A stretch of 64,000 nt of DNA from Clostridia bacterium (GTDB lineage: Bacteria > Bacillota > Clostridia > Oscillospirales > CAG-272), in contig JAFUNJ010000001.1 in assembly GCA_017482355.1 (NCBI GenBank), positions 2,888 through 66,887 of the forward strand, in the 5' to 3' direction. The notes beneath the pieces were generated by a model, which saw nothing but the letters and a program-made list of their open reading frames with translations, did not search any database and was not told where the DNA came from. Of this stretch, positions 9,595-19,800 are shown piece after piece. Within the stretch, counting starts at the first letter, position 1. The number at the start of each line of letters is the position of its first letter. The translations under genes and the position numbers were made by a program.

Positions 9595-10491
9595 ATGTCG
9601 GATAATTTTATAAGGCGGTCGAACAAAAGGGAAATATACGTGAGCCGTATCGTAACGGTGCTGTATCTTGAAAATTCGTCGGACTTCGTTTTCGGCGGCG
9701 AGAGCCACGATTTCTGGGAATTTAACTACATTGACAAGGGTCAGATGATCGTCACCGTCGGCGGAAAAGAGTATCTGCTCAAAAGCGGCGAGCTTGTTTT
9801 CTTCAAGCCGAACGAGTTTCATTCGCTTGAAGCGCGCGGGCTTTCGGCGCCGAATCATACCGTCGTCAGCTTTGTCTCTAACTCCGACGCGATGAAGTAT
9901 TTTAAGGGCAAGATAATCGCGCTTAATTCGCAGGAAAGGAAGCTGCTTTCGATACTTCTTCGTGAGGGGCTTTCGGCGTATAAGCCGATAAACGAACATC
10001 CTCCGATAATGGGAATGGAGGAAAAGGAAAATGCGCCCATCGGCGCGGTACAGATGACCTTCAATCTGCTCGAGGAATTTCTAATAACTCTTTTGCGCCG
10101 AAGCGAAAGCGGAATTTCTATAGGCACTCGACTTATCTCTCCGATGTACGACGAGCGTGTCCCCGACAGAATTAAGGAGGTCGCGCGCTATATGGAGCAG
10201 AATATAAGCGAAAACCTCACCGTCTTGCAGATAGCAAAGCGCTTTTCGCTCTCGGAAAGTGCACTTAAGAAGATGTTTTCGAACGACGCGGGCTGTGGCG
10301 TTACCGACTTTTTCAACAATATGAAAATTGAAAAAGCGAAGGAATATATAAGGGAAAACGAAAAGAACTTTACGCAGATATCGGAGGAGCTCGGGTTCAG
10401 CTCGATACACTATTTCTCGCGTCTATTTAAAAAGAAAACGGGCATGACGCCGACGGAATACCGTTCGTCTGTCATTTACCCGAGCGAATAA
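9595..10491 (+). CDS. AraC family transcriptional regulator
   Basis: Cupin motif GESHDFWE plus C-terminal LGFSSIHYFSRLFKKKTGMTPTEYR. Confidence 0.9.
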   Translation: MSDNFIRRSNKREIYVSRIVTVLYLENSSDFVFGGESHDFWEFNYIDKGQMIVTVGGKEYLLKSGELVFFKPNEFHSLEARGLSAPNHTVVSFVSNSDAMKYFKGKIIALNSQERKLLSILLREGLSAYKPINEHPPIMGMEEKENAPIGAVQMTFNLLEEFLITLLRRSESGISIGTRLISPMYDERVPDRIKEVARYMEQNISENLTVLQIAKRFSLSESALKKMFSNDAGCGVTDFFNNMKIEKAKEYIRENEKNFTQISEELGFSSIHYFSRLFKKKTGMTPTEYRSSVIYPSE

Positions 10492-10521
10492 TAAAAAGAT
10501 CCCCTCCCGGGGATCTTTTTA

Positions 10522-12528
10522 TTATTCAATGATCAGCGTTACGCAGGACATCATGGGAAGCTTCGCGTTAACGGTGAGCTTTCCGTCTTCAAGGGTGAAC
10601 GGGACTTCCTTTGTTATTCCGTCGTGACCGATCTCGGACATCTTATTCACGTTCAGCCCCTTTGTATCGAGGACAATGCTGTTGAAATCGTCGAGCAACG
10701 CGTTCGTTACCATAATGTGCGTCTGATCTTCTTCGGCGTAGAGATAGGGATAAATACCCGTATACTCGCTTATCGCGACCTTGCCCGAGTGCTTAAGAAC
10801 GAAGTCCTTTATCAGTAGACGGCGAAGCTCGCAGAACTGGTTGTCATGCTTGTTGTCGACCATGTAGGGAAGAACGAGGAAATTATTTCCCTCGGCAAAT
10901 CCGTTTGCGGTTATCTCGCCGCTTGCGGAATATACCTTGGTAAGCACCTTAACGCCCGAATTTTCGCCATACGAGGCATCAAAGTAGCGTCCCATTTCGC
11001 CTCTGATCGTAGAACGGTAGCCATTGATTCCGAGGATCTTGCGGTTTTCTGCGAGCATTTCGTATGCGTAGGTCGGAGTTTCGAGAGGGATCTCATGAAC
11101 ACTCTCCGCGCCGATGAGGTAACTAAGACCGCGCTCGCAAAGGATTGACGCGACCGAGCCGTCGAGAATGACAGAGTTGTTTTCGAAAATATCTATGATC
11201 TCCTTGTCCGTGAAGCAGTGAACGCTATCCGAGAGGAGCGCTATGGTCTCGTTACGGTAACGGCGCTCGCTCGAATACTTAAAGGACAATCCGAGGGAAG
11301 CGATGTATGCGCCAGCTTGGAAAAGAGATGTCGTAAGATCACCGAAGCCGTTTTTTATGTCGAGCTTGTAGCAAACGTCCTCAAACACGGGAACGGTCAC
11401 GCCCGAAAGGGATGAGAAGCGAATGTTTCGATCCCTGACTGCGTTAAGATACGGGTCAAGACGCTTGACCTCTTTACCGTAGCCAAGCTCCTCAACTGCT
11501 CCGTTTCCGCAGAAGCCGTTTATACTGTACGTCATTCCGTCAAGAACGAGCGGAAGCGAGCCCTCCATGTGGAAACGGAGGTATCTTGGGCTCTTGCGCA
11601 TCATATTCGGCGTTCCGTTTTCGACCTCGGGCCATACCTTCGTGTCGTCTCCCGAGAAGTGTCTAATTGCCATGCTGACACGGTTAAAGTTATGTATGTA
11701 GGTTTTGCCCATGGTTTCAAGATATGAGGGCAGATGTATACGGTTCAGCTTGTCTCCGCCCTGCGCAAGTGCGCCGAGCAGACCGTTCCAGTCTCTTGCC
11801 TCTATGCAGTGGTTTTCGGGAGAGGACGACATAAGAGCCACCTCGGTTTTTGGCGACGCTGCCTTGATTGCTTTCGTTATGCGCTCCGCAAGGTCGACAA
11901 TACTCCTTCTTTCGGTGTCGAGCCATACCTTTCTCTCGCGCGTCGGCTTGCCGGGCGCGAACGCACGCTGAACGAACTCTTCACGGGTGTAGGACGTGCC
12001 GAGAATGCTGTTGAAGAGCGCAATATGCTTTTCGCAGAAGCAGCCGCCGAAGGTGAGCGGCGCGTGGTTGTGATAGCGGAAATCGTCCTCTATCCAGAAA
12101 TAATCCGGCTCAAGCTCACGCACGAGGAAGCTTGCGTATTCACAGAAATAATCCTGCCATTCGGTGTCGATTGGACATGCAACAAGCTCGTCGCGCAGAC
12201 CGTTATAGTCGACCATCGTAGTGAAATTCTGCCCCGGCTTGAGCTTTCTTCCTCTTGCGAGGTGTCCCATTTCGATCCAGTTGTTCACGCTAACGCAAAT
12301 GCCTGCGTCAAGAAGTGCCTCTCTTACGCCCTTAAGCTTTTCGACCCAAGGGGTTGCCTCCTCTATCGTGATGTGACCGAAGTTAAATTCCTCGGCGTTT
12401 ATCATCAGCATTACGTCGTTGAATCCGTACTTCTTGCAAAAGTCGATAAGGACCTCGGTTCTCTCCTCTATGAGAGAGTCGGGAAAAAGCTGGATTCTCA
12501 GCGAATGAACGAATTTATCCTTTTTCAT
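10522..12528 (-). CDS. putative glycoside-hydrolase-like TIM-barrel protein
   Basis: ACP...WQDY, WIEDDFR and GGCFCEKH resemble GH42-like catalytic barrels; the family cannot be assigned by eye. Confidence 0.55.
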   Translation of the reverse strand: MKKDKFVHSLRIQLFPDSLIEERTEVLIDFCKKYGFNDVMLMINAEEFNFGHITIEEATPWVEKLKGVREALLDAGICVSVNNWIEMGHLARGRKLKPGQNFTTMVDYNGLRDELVACPIDTEWQDYFCEYASFLVRELEPDYFWIEDDFRYHNHAPLTFGGCFCEKHIALFNSILGTSYTREEFVQRAFAPGKPTRERKVWLDTERRSIVDLAERITKAIKAASPKTEVALMSSSPENHCIEARDWNGLLGALAQGGDKLNRIHLPSYLETMGKTYIHNFNRVSMAIRHFSGDDTKVWPEVENGTPNMMRKSPRYLRFHMEGSLPLVLDGMTYSINGFCGNGAVEELGYGKEVKRLDPYLNAVRDRNIRFSSLSGVTVPVFEDVCYKLDIKNGFGDLTTSLFQAGAYIASLGLSFKYSSERRYRNETIALLSDSVHCFTDKEIIDIFENNSVILDGSVASILCERGLSYLIGAESVHEIPLETPTYAYEMLAENRKILGINGYRSTIRGEMGRYFDASYGENSGVKVLTKVYSASGEITANGFAEGNNFLVLPYMVDNKHDNQFCELRRLLIKDFVLKHSGKVAISEYTGIYPYLYAEEDQTHIMVTNALLDDFNSIVLDTKGLNVNKMSEIGHDGITKEVPFTLEDGKLTVNAKLPMMSCVTLIIE

Positions 12529-12689
12529 ACTGTTTCTTCTTTCGTTAAACTGTTTTTTATGTCGCTATTATAACATAGACGCGCGGACAAATCAATAGAC
12601 TGTGTAAGCGGTTTTGAAAACGGGTATTGAAAAAAACTAAAAAAAGCGTTATAATGAAAGCACAGTTTAAAGAAAACGAGGATAATATT

Positions 12690-13247
12690 ATGCGTAAGAA
12701 TTTTGGCGCGAAAACCTGGCTCTACCCGATGCCCGTACTCATTATCGGTACCTACGATAAAAGCGGAATCCCGAACGCGATGAACGCGGCGTGGGGCGGA
12801 ATATACGATACGAATCAGGTCATGGTCTGCCTTGCCGACGACCATAAGACAACGGATAATATCAAGAAAAACGGTGCGTTCACGGTAAGCTTCGCAACGG
12901 CGAACACCGTCGTCCCCTGTGACTACGTCGGTATCGTCTCGGCAAACGACATTCCCGACAAGCTGAATAAGGCAGGGTTCACGACGTTTAAGAGCGAATT
13001 CGTCAACGCGCCGATCATTAACGAGCTGCCGATGACGGTAGAATGTAAGCTTCTGAAGTTCAACGAGGACGGTATCTGTATAGGAGAGATAGTCAACGTC
13101 TCCGCTGACGAAAGCATCCTTGACGCAAACGGCAAGGTCGACGCGAAAAAGCTCGACCCTATCATTTACGATAGCGTTACCCACGCATATTGGAGCTTCG
13201 GCACGAAGGTCGGTCAGGCGTTTTTCGACGGAAAGAAGATGAAGTAA
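12690..13247 (+). CDS. flavin reductase / flavoredoxin family protein
   Basis: LYPMPVLIIGTYD...NAMNAAWGG and CDYVGIVS; start set at ATG 12690 after a GAGG RBS. Confidence 0.85.
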   Translation: MRKNFGAKTWLYPMPVLIIGTYDKSGIPNAMNAAWGGIYDTNQVMVCLADDHKTTDNIKKNGAFTVSFATANTVVPCDYVGIVSANDIPDKLNKAGFTTFKSEFVNAPIINELPMTVECKLLKFNEDGICIGEIVNVSADESILDANGKVDAKKLDPIIYDSVTHAYWSFGTKVGQAFFDGKKMK

Positions 13248-13287
13248 GTAAAAAAGACCTCGGAACGAGGTCTTTTTTACTTTTTTA

Positions 13288-15153
13288 TTACTTGAATTTT
13301 CTGTCGTAGAGTAGCGCCGCGATGAGAATGACGAATACCGAGCCGGCGTTGTGAACGAGTGCGCCCGTTGCGGGATCCAAAAGCTTGAAGAAGGAAAGGA
13401 TTATCGCCGCGAAGTTTATGATAAGCGAGAGAGAAATGCTGAACCTTATCGTTTTGACGGTTGCGTTGGAGAGGCGCTTGAGGTAGGAAAGCTTGCCTAT
13501 ATCGTCGCTCATGACCGCGATATCCGATGCCTCAAGTGCAACGTCGCTTCCCATCGTTCCCATAGCGATTCCGACGTCAGCGCTCTTGAGCGCAGGCGCG
13601 TCGTTTACACCGTCACCAACCATTGCGACGGTCCTTTTTTGGTCGCGGAGCGAAAGGACGCAGTCGACCTTGTTCTCGGGCAGAAGTTCGCTTTTTATGT
13701 TAGTGATGCCTATCTGAGAGCCGAAAAATTCGGCGGCGTATCTGTTGTCGCCGGTCAGAAGCACGGCTTCGGTTCCGAGATTTTTAAGGGAATCAACGGT
13801 TTCGGCCGCGTTCGGCTTGACTGTGTCCGAAAGCCCGATAACGCCGAGAACCATCTCGCCGTCCGAAACGGTAACGGATGCCTTGCCGCTTGCGCGGAGC
13901 TCGGTAAGCGCTTTGATGACCTCGTCGGATACCGTAACACCCTTTTCGGTCAGGTATCTTTCGTTTCCGCAGTAGACGATCTTGCCGTTTACGGTAGCGG
14001 AAACGCCCTTGCCTGCTTCCATAACGAAGCCGTTGCAGGTCGGAATTTCACATTTTTCCTTGCCGTATTCGTAAATAGCACGTCCGAGCGGATGCTCACT
14101 GCGGCTCTCGGCGGAGGCGGCAAGTAAGATCAACTCACCTTCGCTTATTCCGAAAGGAATAACGTCGGAAACCGTGAGCGCACCGTTGGTGAGCGTTCCC
14201 GTTTTATCAAAGCAGACGGTATCGACCTTGCCCATTTTTTCAAGCGCCTCGCCTGACTTGATGATAACGCCGTGCTTGGTCGCCTGACCGATAGCCGCCA
14301 TAATGGCGGTCGGAGTTGCAAGCACGAGCGCACAGGGGCAGAATACGACGAGAACTGTGACCGCAACGACTATATCCTGACGGATGATTCCGAATGCGAC
14401 AGCGATAAGAAGCGCGACGGGGACGAGAATGCTTGCCCACTTGTCGGCAATACGGTGCATGGGTGCCTTGTTTTCCTCGGCTTCCTTGACCATTCGGATC
14501 AGCTTTCCGAGTGAGGAATCCTTTCCGACCTTCGTGGCTCTTACGTCGACGGAGCCGTAAAGGTTGATCGTTCCGCTAAATACCTCATCGCCCTCGGCTT
14601 TGTCGATAGGTAAGCTTTCACCGGTCATTACCGCCTGGTCAATGCTCGTCTGACCGCTTACGATAACTCCGTCGACCGGTATGCTTTCGCCGGGAAGAAC
14701 GCGAAGAATATCGCCGACCTTGATCTCGGTCGCGTCGATAACTCTCTCGTTTCCGTTTTCAATAAGGCGTCCCGTCACGGGCGCAAGAGAAATAAGCTTC
14801 GTCAGACCTCTTTTTGCCCTGTCGGTCGTCAGATCCTCAAGAAGCTCACCGATTGCCATAATGAACGCGACCTCGCCTGCGGCGAAAACGTCGCCTATAG
14901 CGATAGCGGCTACCATCGCGCTCGTTATGAGAAGCGCGGAGGAAATTTTCGATATTCCTTTGTTTTTTATCAGCTTTCTTATCGCATTTTCAAGCAGCGG
15001 TATTCCCGATAAAATGACGGCGAGCCACGCCGGGTCGTACCAAATTTTAATTTCAACTCCGCATATCGGCAAAAGCAAGCTCGCAAGGATAGATAGACCG
15101 CTTATGAGAAGCGCGATCTTGCTTTCAAACGCGTCAAGAATTTTCTCAAGCAT
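13288..15153 (-). CDS. heavy-metal translocating P1B-type ATPase
   Basis: TGES, CPC, DKTGTLT, SEHPL, GDGVNDAP motifs; start ATG 15153 after AGGAG. Confidence 0.92.
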   Translation of the reverse strand: MLEKILDAFESKIALLISGLSILASLLLPICGVEIKIWYDPAWLAVILSGIPLLENAIRKLIKNKGISKISSALLITSAMVAAIAIGDVFAAGEVAFIMAIGELLEDLTTDRAKRGLTKLISLAPVTGRLIENGNERVIDATEIKVGDILRVLPGESIPVDGVIVSGQTSIDQAVMTGESLPIDKAEGDEVFSGTINLYGSVDVRATKVGKDSSLGKLIRMVKEAEENKAPMHRIADKWASILVPVALLIAVAFGIIRQDIVVAVTVLVVFCPCALVLATPTAIMAAIGQATKHGVIIKSGEALEKMGKVDTVCFDKTGTLTNGALTVSDVIPFGISEGELILLAASAESRSEHPLGRAIYEYGKEKCEIPTCNGFVMEAGKGVSATVNGKIVYCGNERYLTEKGVTVSDEVIKALTELRASGKASVTVSDGEMVLGVIGLSDTVKPNAAETVDSLKNLGTEAVLLTGDNRYAAEFFGSQIGITNIKSELLPENKVDCVLSLRDQKRTVAMVGDGVNDAPALKSADVGIAMGTMGSDVALEASDIAVMSDDIGKLSYLKRLSNATVKTIRFSISLSLIINFAAIILSFFKLLDPATGALVHNAGSVFVILIAALLYDRKFK

Positions 15154-15199
15154 TGATAGTTCTCCTTTACAAATGAGAATGGTTGATGTATAATTAGCT

Positions 15200-15247
15200 G
15201 AACACATTGTTCGGTATAATTTTATCGCCTACCGATAAAAAAATCAA
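15200..15247 (-). promoter_or_regulatory. ATPase promoter with putative TetR operator
   Basis: Minus strand TTGATT-17-TAAAAT, followed after 1 nt by ATACCGAACAATGTGTTC, a 17/18 match to the site upstream of tetR. Confidence 0.65.
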
Positions 15248-15396
15248 CGGTCAAATGATTCAAGGTGTATTTTACAGAACAAAATGTTCAATTTGTACCG
15301 AAATTGGATCGAATACCTTTTGATCGTCCTTGAAAAATGCGGCAACAGATCAAGAAAATTGTCGGCGGAAATTTGGCTTTGCTTTAATAATAGTTG

Positions 15397-15425
15397 TTGA
15401 CAACAACGAAAGGTTGTGATACAAT
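15397..15425 (+). promoter_or_regulatory. sigma-A promoter of the cohesin-dockerin operon
   Basis: TTGACA (15397-15402), 17 bp, TACAAT (15420-15425). Confidence 0.7.
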
Positions 15426-15453
15426 GGCTTTATCTTGGTAAAGGAGTTTTGGA

Positions 15454-15513
15454 ACGAAAAGACTTTTAGCACTGATAGTGGCGTGGTTAATGATGCTGAT
15501 CTCTGCCGCTTGA
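15454..15513 (+). pseudogene. signal-peptide remnant or non-canonical uORF
   Basis: AAGGAG RBS followed by ACG-KRLLALIVAWLMMLISAA-stop, i.e. a Sec signal peptide with an ATG->ACG start and an immediate stop. Confidence 0.45.
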
Positions 15514-15598
15514 TAATAAAGGATAGTGCTACAATATTTTTTATAATCTATTTGCGTTTGTTGATTTCAAACAAACACACTCGAAAGGTAGAATCATC

Positions 15599-16843
15599 AT
15601 GAAAAAGAGAATTCTGTTTACTTTAATTTTTTCCCTTCTGCTCTCGGTGTTTTTGAGCATCAGCGCCCTTGCGGCACAGCACGGAACGCTCTCACTTTCC
15701 GCGTCAGGTGCGGTGAAAGCGGGCGATACGGTCACCCTCTCGGTGAAGCTGACGGGGGCTGAAAGCATAGACGGTATTGCCGTCACCCCTATCTACGACG
15801 AGACGAAGTTTGAATTGACGGGAGGTTCCTGGAAGGTCAACGGTGTCATCACCGATTTCAGCGTAGATACCAAGGACGGAGTTATTGCCTTTGCAGAGGG
15901 AACGGCTGTCAATACCACTATCCTTACCTTCACACTTAAGGTGAAAAGCGGAGTCGAGGCAGGAGCTTATACGGTTGGTTGTTCGGCAGAGGTAAGCAGT
16001 ACAGATAAAGCGAAATCCACCCTCAATGCCGAAACGCAGGTGAAGGTCAGCTGCTCGCACAGCTTTACGGTAAAGAATACCGATTCCAAATATCTGAAGA
16101 GCGCCGCGACCTGCAGCTCTGCGGCGACCTATTACTATAGCTGTAGCAAGTGCGGCGAGAAGGGAACGACCACCTTCAAGTCCGGCTCGGCACTGACGCA
16201 CACCTTTGATCAGAAGAATACGGCGGAAAAATACATTCATACCGCAGGCACTTGTACCAAGGCGGCAGTCTACTATTACAGCTGTAAATGCGGCTCAAAG
16301 GGAAGCGAGACCTTTGTAGGTGCCGATCCCGACCATCGCTACGCGGAGACGTGGAGTACAGATAAGGATAATCACTGGCTCGAGTGCTCTGCTTGCGGCG
16401 AACGCAAGGATCAGGCAGCTCACGTTCCCGGTCCCGAAGCCACTGAGGACAGCGCACAGGTCTGCACTGCTTGTGGTTACGAGATCGCCCCTGCAATTGC
16501 CCATCAGCACGATTTTACAAAGCATTGGTACAGCGACGACGCGACCCACTGGGGTAAGTGCGGTTGTGAGGAAGAAAGTCAGCCGACCGCACACACCTGG
16601 GATAATGGAAAGGTCGTCAGTGAACCTACTGCAAAAAAGCAGGGCGCCGTCGTCTACACCTGTACAGACTGCGGCAGAACCAAGCTTGAATATACCGATC
16701 CCGATCCCTCAAAGAGCGATCGAACCTCTTCCGAAAAGGACGGTGACGGCTCCTTTGGCATCGGCGCTTTAGTCGGAGTGCTGGGCGGAATCTTAGTCGG
16801 TGCTGTCGGAGTATATCTGACGCTTGTAAAGCGTAAAAAGTAA
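15599..16843 (+). CDS. membrane-anchored single-cohesin protein with Cys/His-repeat stalk
   Basis: Signal peptide; cohesin-like segment VKAGDTVTLSVKL...YDETKFEL...GVIAFA...ILTFTLKVKSGVEAGAYTV; CxxC/His repeats; C-terminal TM helix plus KRKK. Confidence 0.75.
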   Translation: MKKRILFTLIFSLLLSVFLSISALAAQHGTLSLSASGAVKAGDTVTLSVKLTGAESIDGIAVTPIYDETKFELTGGSWKVNGVITDFSVDTKDGVIAFAEGTAVNTTILTFTLKVKSGVEAGAYTVGCSAEVSSTDKAKSTLNAETQVKVSCSHSFTVKNTDSKYLKSAATCSSAATYYYSCSKCGEKGTTTFKSGSALTHTFDQKNTAEKYIHTAGTCTKAAVYYYSCKCGSKGSETFVGADPDHRYAETWSTDKDNHWLECSACGERKDQAAHVPGPEATEDSAQVCTACGYEIAPAIAHQHDFTKHWYSDDATHWGKCGCEEESQPTAHTWDNGKVVSEPTAKKQGAVVYTCTDCGRTKLEYTDPDPSKSDRTSSEKDGDGSFGIGALVGVLGGILVGAVGVYLTLVKRKK

Positions 16844-16886
16844 ACCGATCTCCTTTATTACATAAGACACATAAGAGGTGACTTTC

Positions 16887-19800
16887 GTGAAACAGATACG
16901 AATTTGGAGTATCTTTTTAGTGATTTCAATGCTGTTGCAGTTTGGCGCGGGGGCGTTCCCCGTGTCTGCCACCGACGGTAATGAAGAGACACATATACAT
17001 TCCGAGGAGGAGAATTTACAGTCTTCTCTATCCGATTCTTCTGCTTCTGAGGCGGGCGATACGGACGGCGACGGCGACGTGGACGTTGCCGACGCAGTAT
17101 ATCTGTTGCGTCACGTGCTGAAGCCGCAGGATTATCCCGTAACCGCGGAGAGCGATATGGACGGCGACGAGGATACAGACGTTGCCGATGCTGTTTATCT
17201 GCTCCGCCATACGCTGATGCCGAGCAAGTATCCGCTTAAGGTACATGCTCACATTGTCGTCAATCAGCAGGCGGTGGCGGCTACCTGTACCCGTTCGGGT
17301 CTGACTGCCGGCAGCTACTGCTCGGATTGCGGCGAGATCCTTGAAGCACAGAAGGTGCTTCCTCCCAAGGGACATACTTCAGAGGTGGTCGAGGAGATAT
17401 CTGCCGACTGTACTCAGGACGGTATGGTGAAGGCGCACTGTGACGTTTGCGATACTGATTTTCTCAGCGAGCTGACCTACGCAAAGGGTCACGATTACGG
17501 TCAGGAGCAGATACAGACCGAGGCAACGTGTACGACAGACGGTATTTCGCTCTACGTCTGTGCAGAGTGCGGTCACAGTGAATCTGCGGTCGTACCCGCA
17601 AAGGGACATACCCTTATCGCTTCGGGAACTACCGAAAACGGAACCGTGATCTATACCTGTACCGATTGCGGCCTTGAAACTCAGGACAGCAGTACGGTCG
17701 ATTCGCACAAGGAAGATCACGCTTTTGGCTGTGACAAGAATTTTACTTTCGATATTATTTATGACGGCGACGAGGAGTACATCCGCGATCATCTTTTGAT
17801 CAGCGACGCCTATTACGTTGATCCTACTACCGAAGAGCGCCTTCCCTATGATCTCGAATATAAAGGGGATGGCAGATGGACGGTCAGCCCGTCTGAGGAT
17901 TACGAGGGCGGCAATACCTATTGCGCTAAGATAGACGGAGATCTGAAATTTGCAGATTACGAGTCGGAGGAGCTCTATTTTTCGATTGCCGACGATGTTC
18001 ACAGCGATATTACGCTTTCCGACGGCATTATATTTATTCCCATGCCTGCGATCGGTACCGTTGACCGTCAGCAGTATCTCTTGGAGACCAATACCGATAA
18101 CGAATTTTTCTATCTCACTATGCCGGATGACGGCACGCTGAGTCAGGAGCACGTCGGTCGTATCGTCTGTGCCGGTGCGTATAAGAGCATGGACGAGTTC
18201 ACAGCCGATAACTCCAAGGAGTGCTACTTCGGTAAGCTCGAAAAGCTTTATGCTACCGCAGACGGAAAGATCCTTTTGGTGCTCAGCTGTCCTGAGCTTT
18301 ACGAGATCTACTCCGAGCTTGATATTTACGAAAACTACATAGTAGAGCTTACGGAAGAGGATATACCCGAGGATATTTCGGAGCAGGCGGTATACGCGCT
18401 TCGACACAGCGACGACTTCGGTGAATTCGTCACCGGTATCACGCTGGCGGCAAAAGCTTATGCCGATGGCATAGGTGCGACTGCGGTCGGTGTAGATGAC
18501 CTCAGCTTTTTGGATGATATGGGACTGATACCCTCGTTCAAGATCGAAAACGACAACAAGCTGATCGTTTCGATTCAGGGTAACTTGCCCATCAAGCTCA
18601 AAAATAAAGAGGGCAAGGATTGTGGTACCGTTACCGTTTCCTTCCTCACAAAGGCGGAGTATTCCTTCACAGTGACGGGTGCTTGCGAGCTAAAGTATTT
18701 CTTAGGTATCCCCACAGGCGTGAAGAAGTTTGACTTCAATGTGACTCAAACCTCTTCATATACGCTGGAATTTTCCGTTAAGGTAGCTATTGATCCCCTT
18801 TCCAAGCCGGAGGGAAAATCTATTGTAAAAACTCCTCTGGGTGTTTACCACCTGAAGGACTGTCTGACCATTTCAGCATTCCCTAAGGGCTCGCTTACTG
18901 CTGTGACAAATGATCAGATGGACGAGGCATACCGTAATTCCGACGGTTCGGTCGATTTGGATTGCCCCGTTTGCAACCCCACGATGTCCTATCTGAAAAA
19001 GAACGTGTATGTTGCGAACAAGGATACTGAAACTATCCATCGCTTCGTATGTGCAGAGAGCGACAGAGTTGATGCGACCAACGTAGAAGTACTGGAATCA
19101 ATTCCTCTTGTTATGGACTACACGCTCTGCGAGACATGTCTTCAGGGTAAGTCAAACACGGAGGAGCAGAACTTTGAAGAAATGCTGGTAGACGCGCTTC
19201 GCTATCAGAATTGGAGCGATATTGCCTCTAGCGTAAAAAAGGCGCTTACCAAGAGCGATAAGCCCGCAGAAAAGGAATCCGAATTTACCCTGATGAAGTT
19301 GCCGATCCCCTTCGCAGGCATTTTCCAGCTGACACTGGAAGCCGAGATGGTGATCAGCTTCAAGTTCTCGGGAAGTGTATCGCTGACTTATACGAATTCC
19401 ACCACCACAGTTGCGGGTGTGCGTCTTAATTCAAGCAACACTCTGGAGCCGTACTCCTCACGCACGATGACCGAGAAAAATACGACCTTTAAGGTTGCGG
19501 GCGGTCTTGACGTGAAAGCGGGTATCCGCTTCCAGATGAACGTCGGCATGAGAGGATTCCTCTCCAAGTTCATCTATATCAAGCTGGGCGCAGAGGTCGG
19601 CACCTACTCGGACCTTGACGGTATTCTGTTCGCAGAGGGCACGGTAACGGAAGAAGGCGGTCAGACCGATAAGACAAGCTCCGCCTTTATAGCTGCCTAC
19701 TGGGAGATGGGTCTGTACGGCGATATCTTCTTTGATTACAAGGTAGTATTCTGGGGAAATAAGTTCTCCCTTTTGGGCAGTGACAAGCGTTTGCCGATTT

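Noticed and set aside
15200-15289. GAAC...GTTC sites as LexA (SOS) boxes
   Set aside because: The spacing is GAAC-N5-GTTC, not the Firmicute GAAC-N4-GTTC, and the match to the tetR leader is a better explanation.
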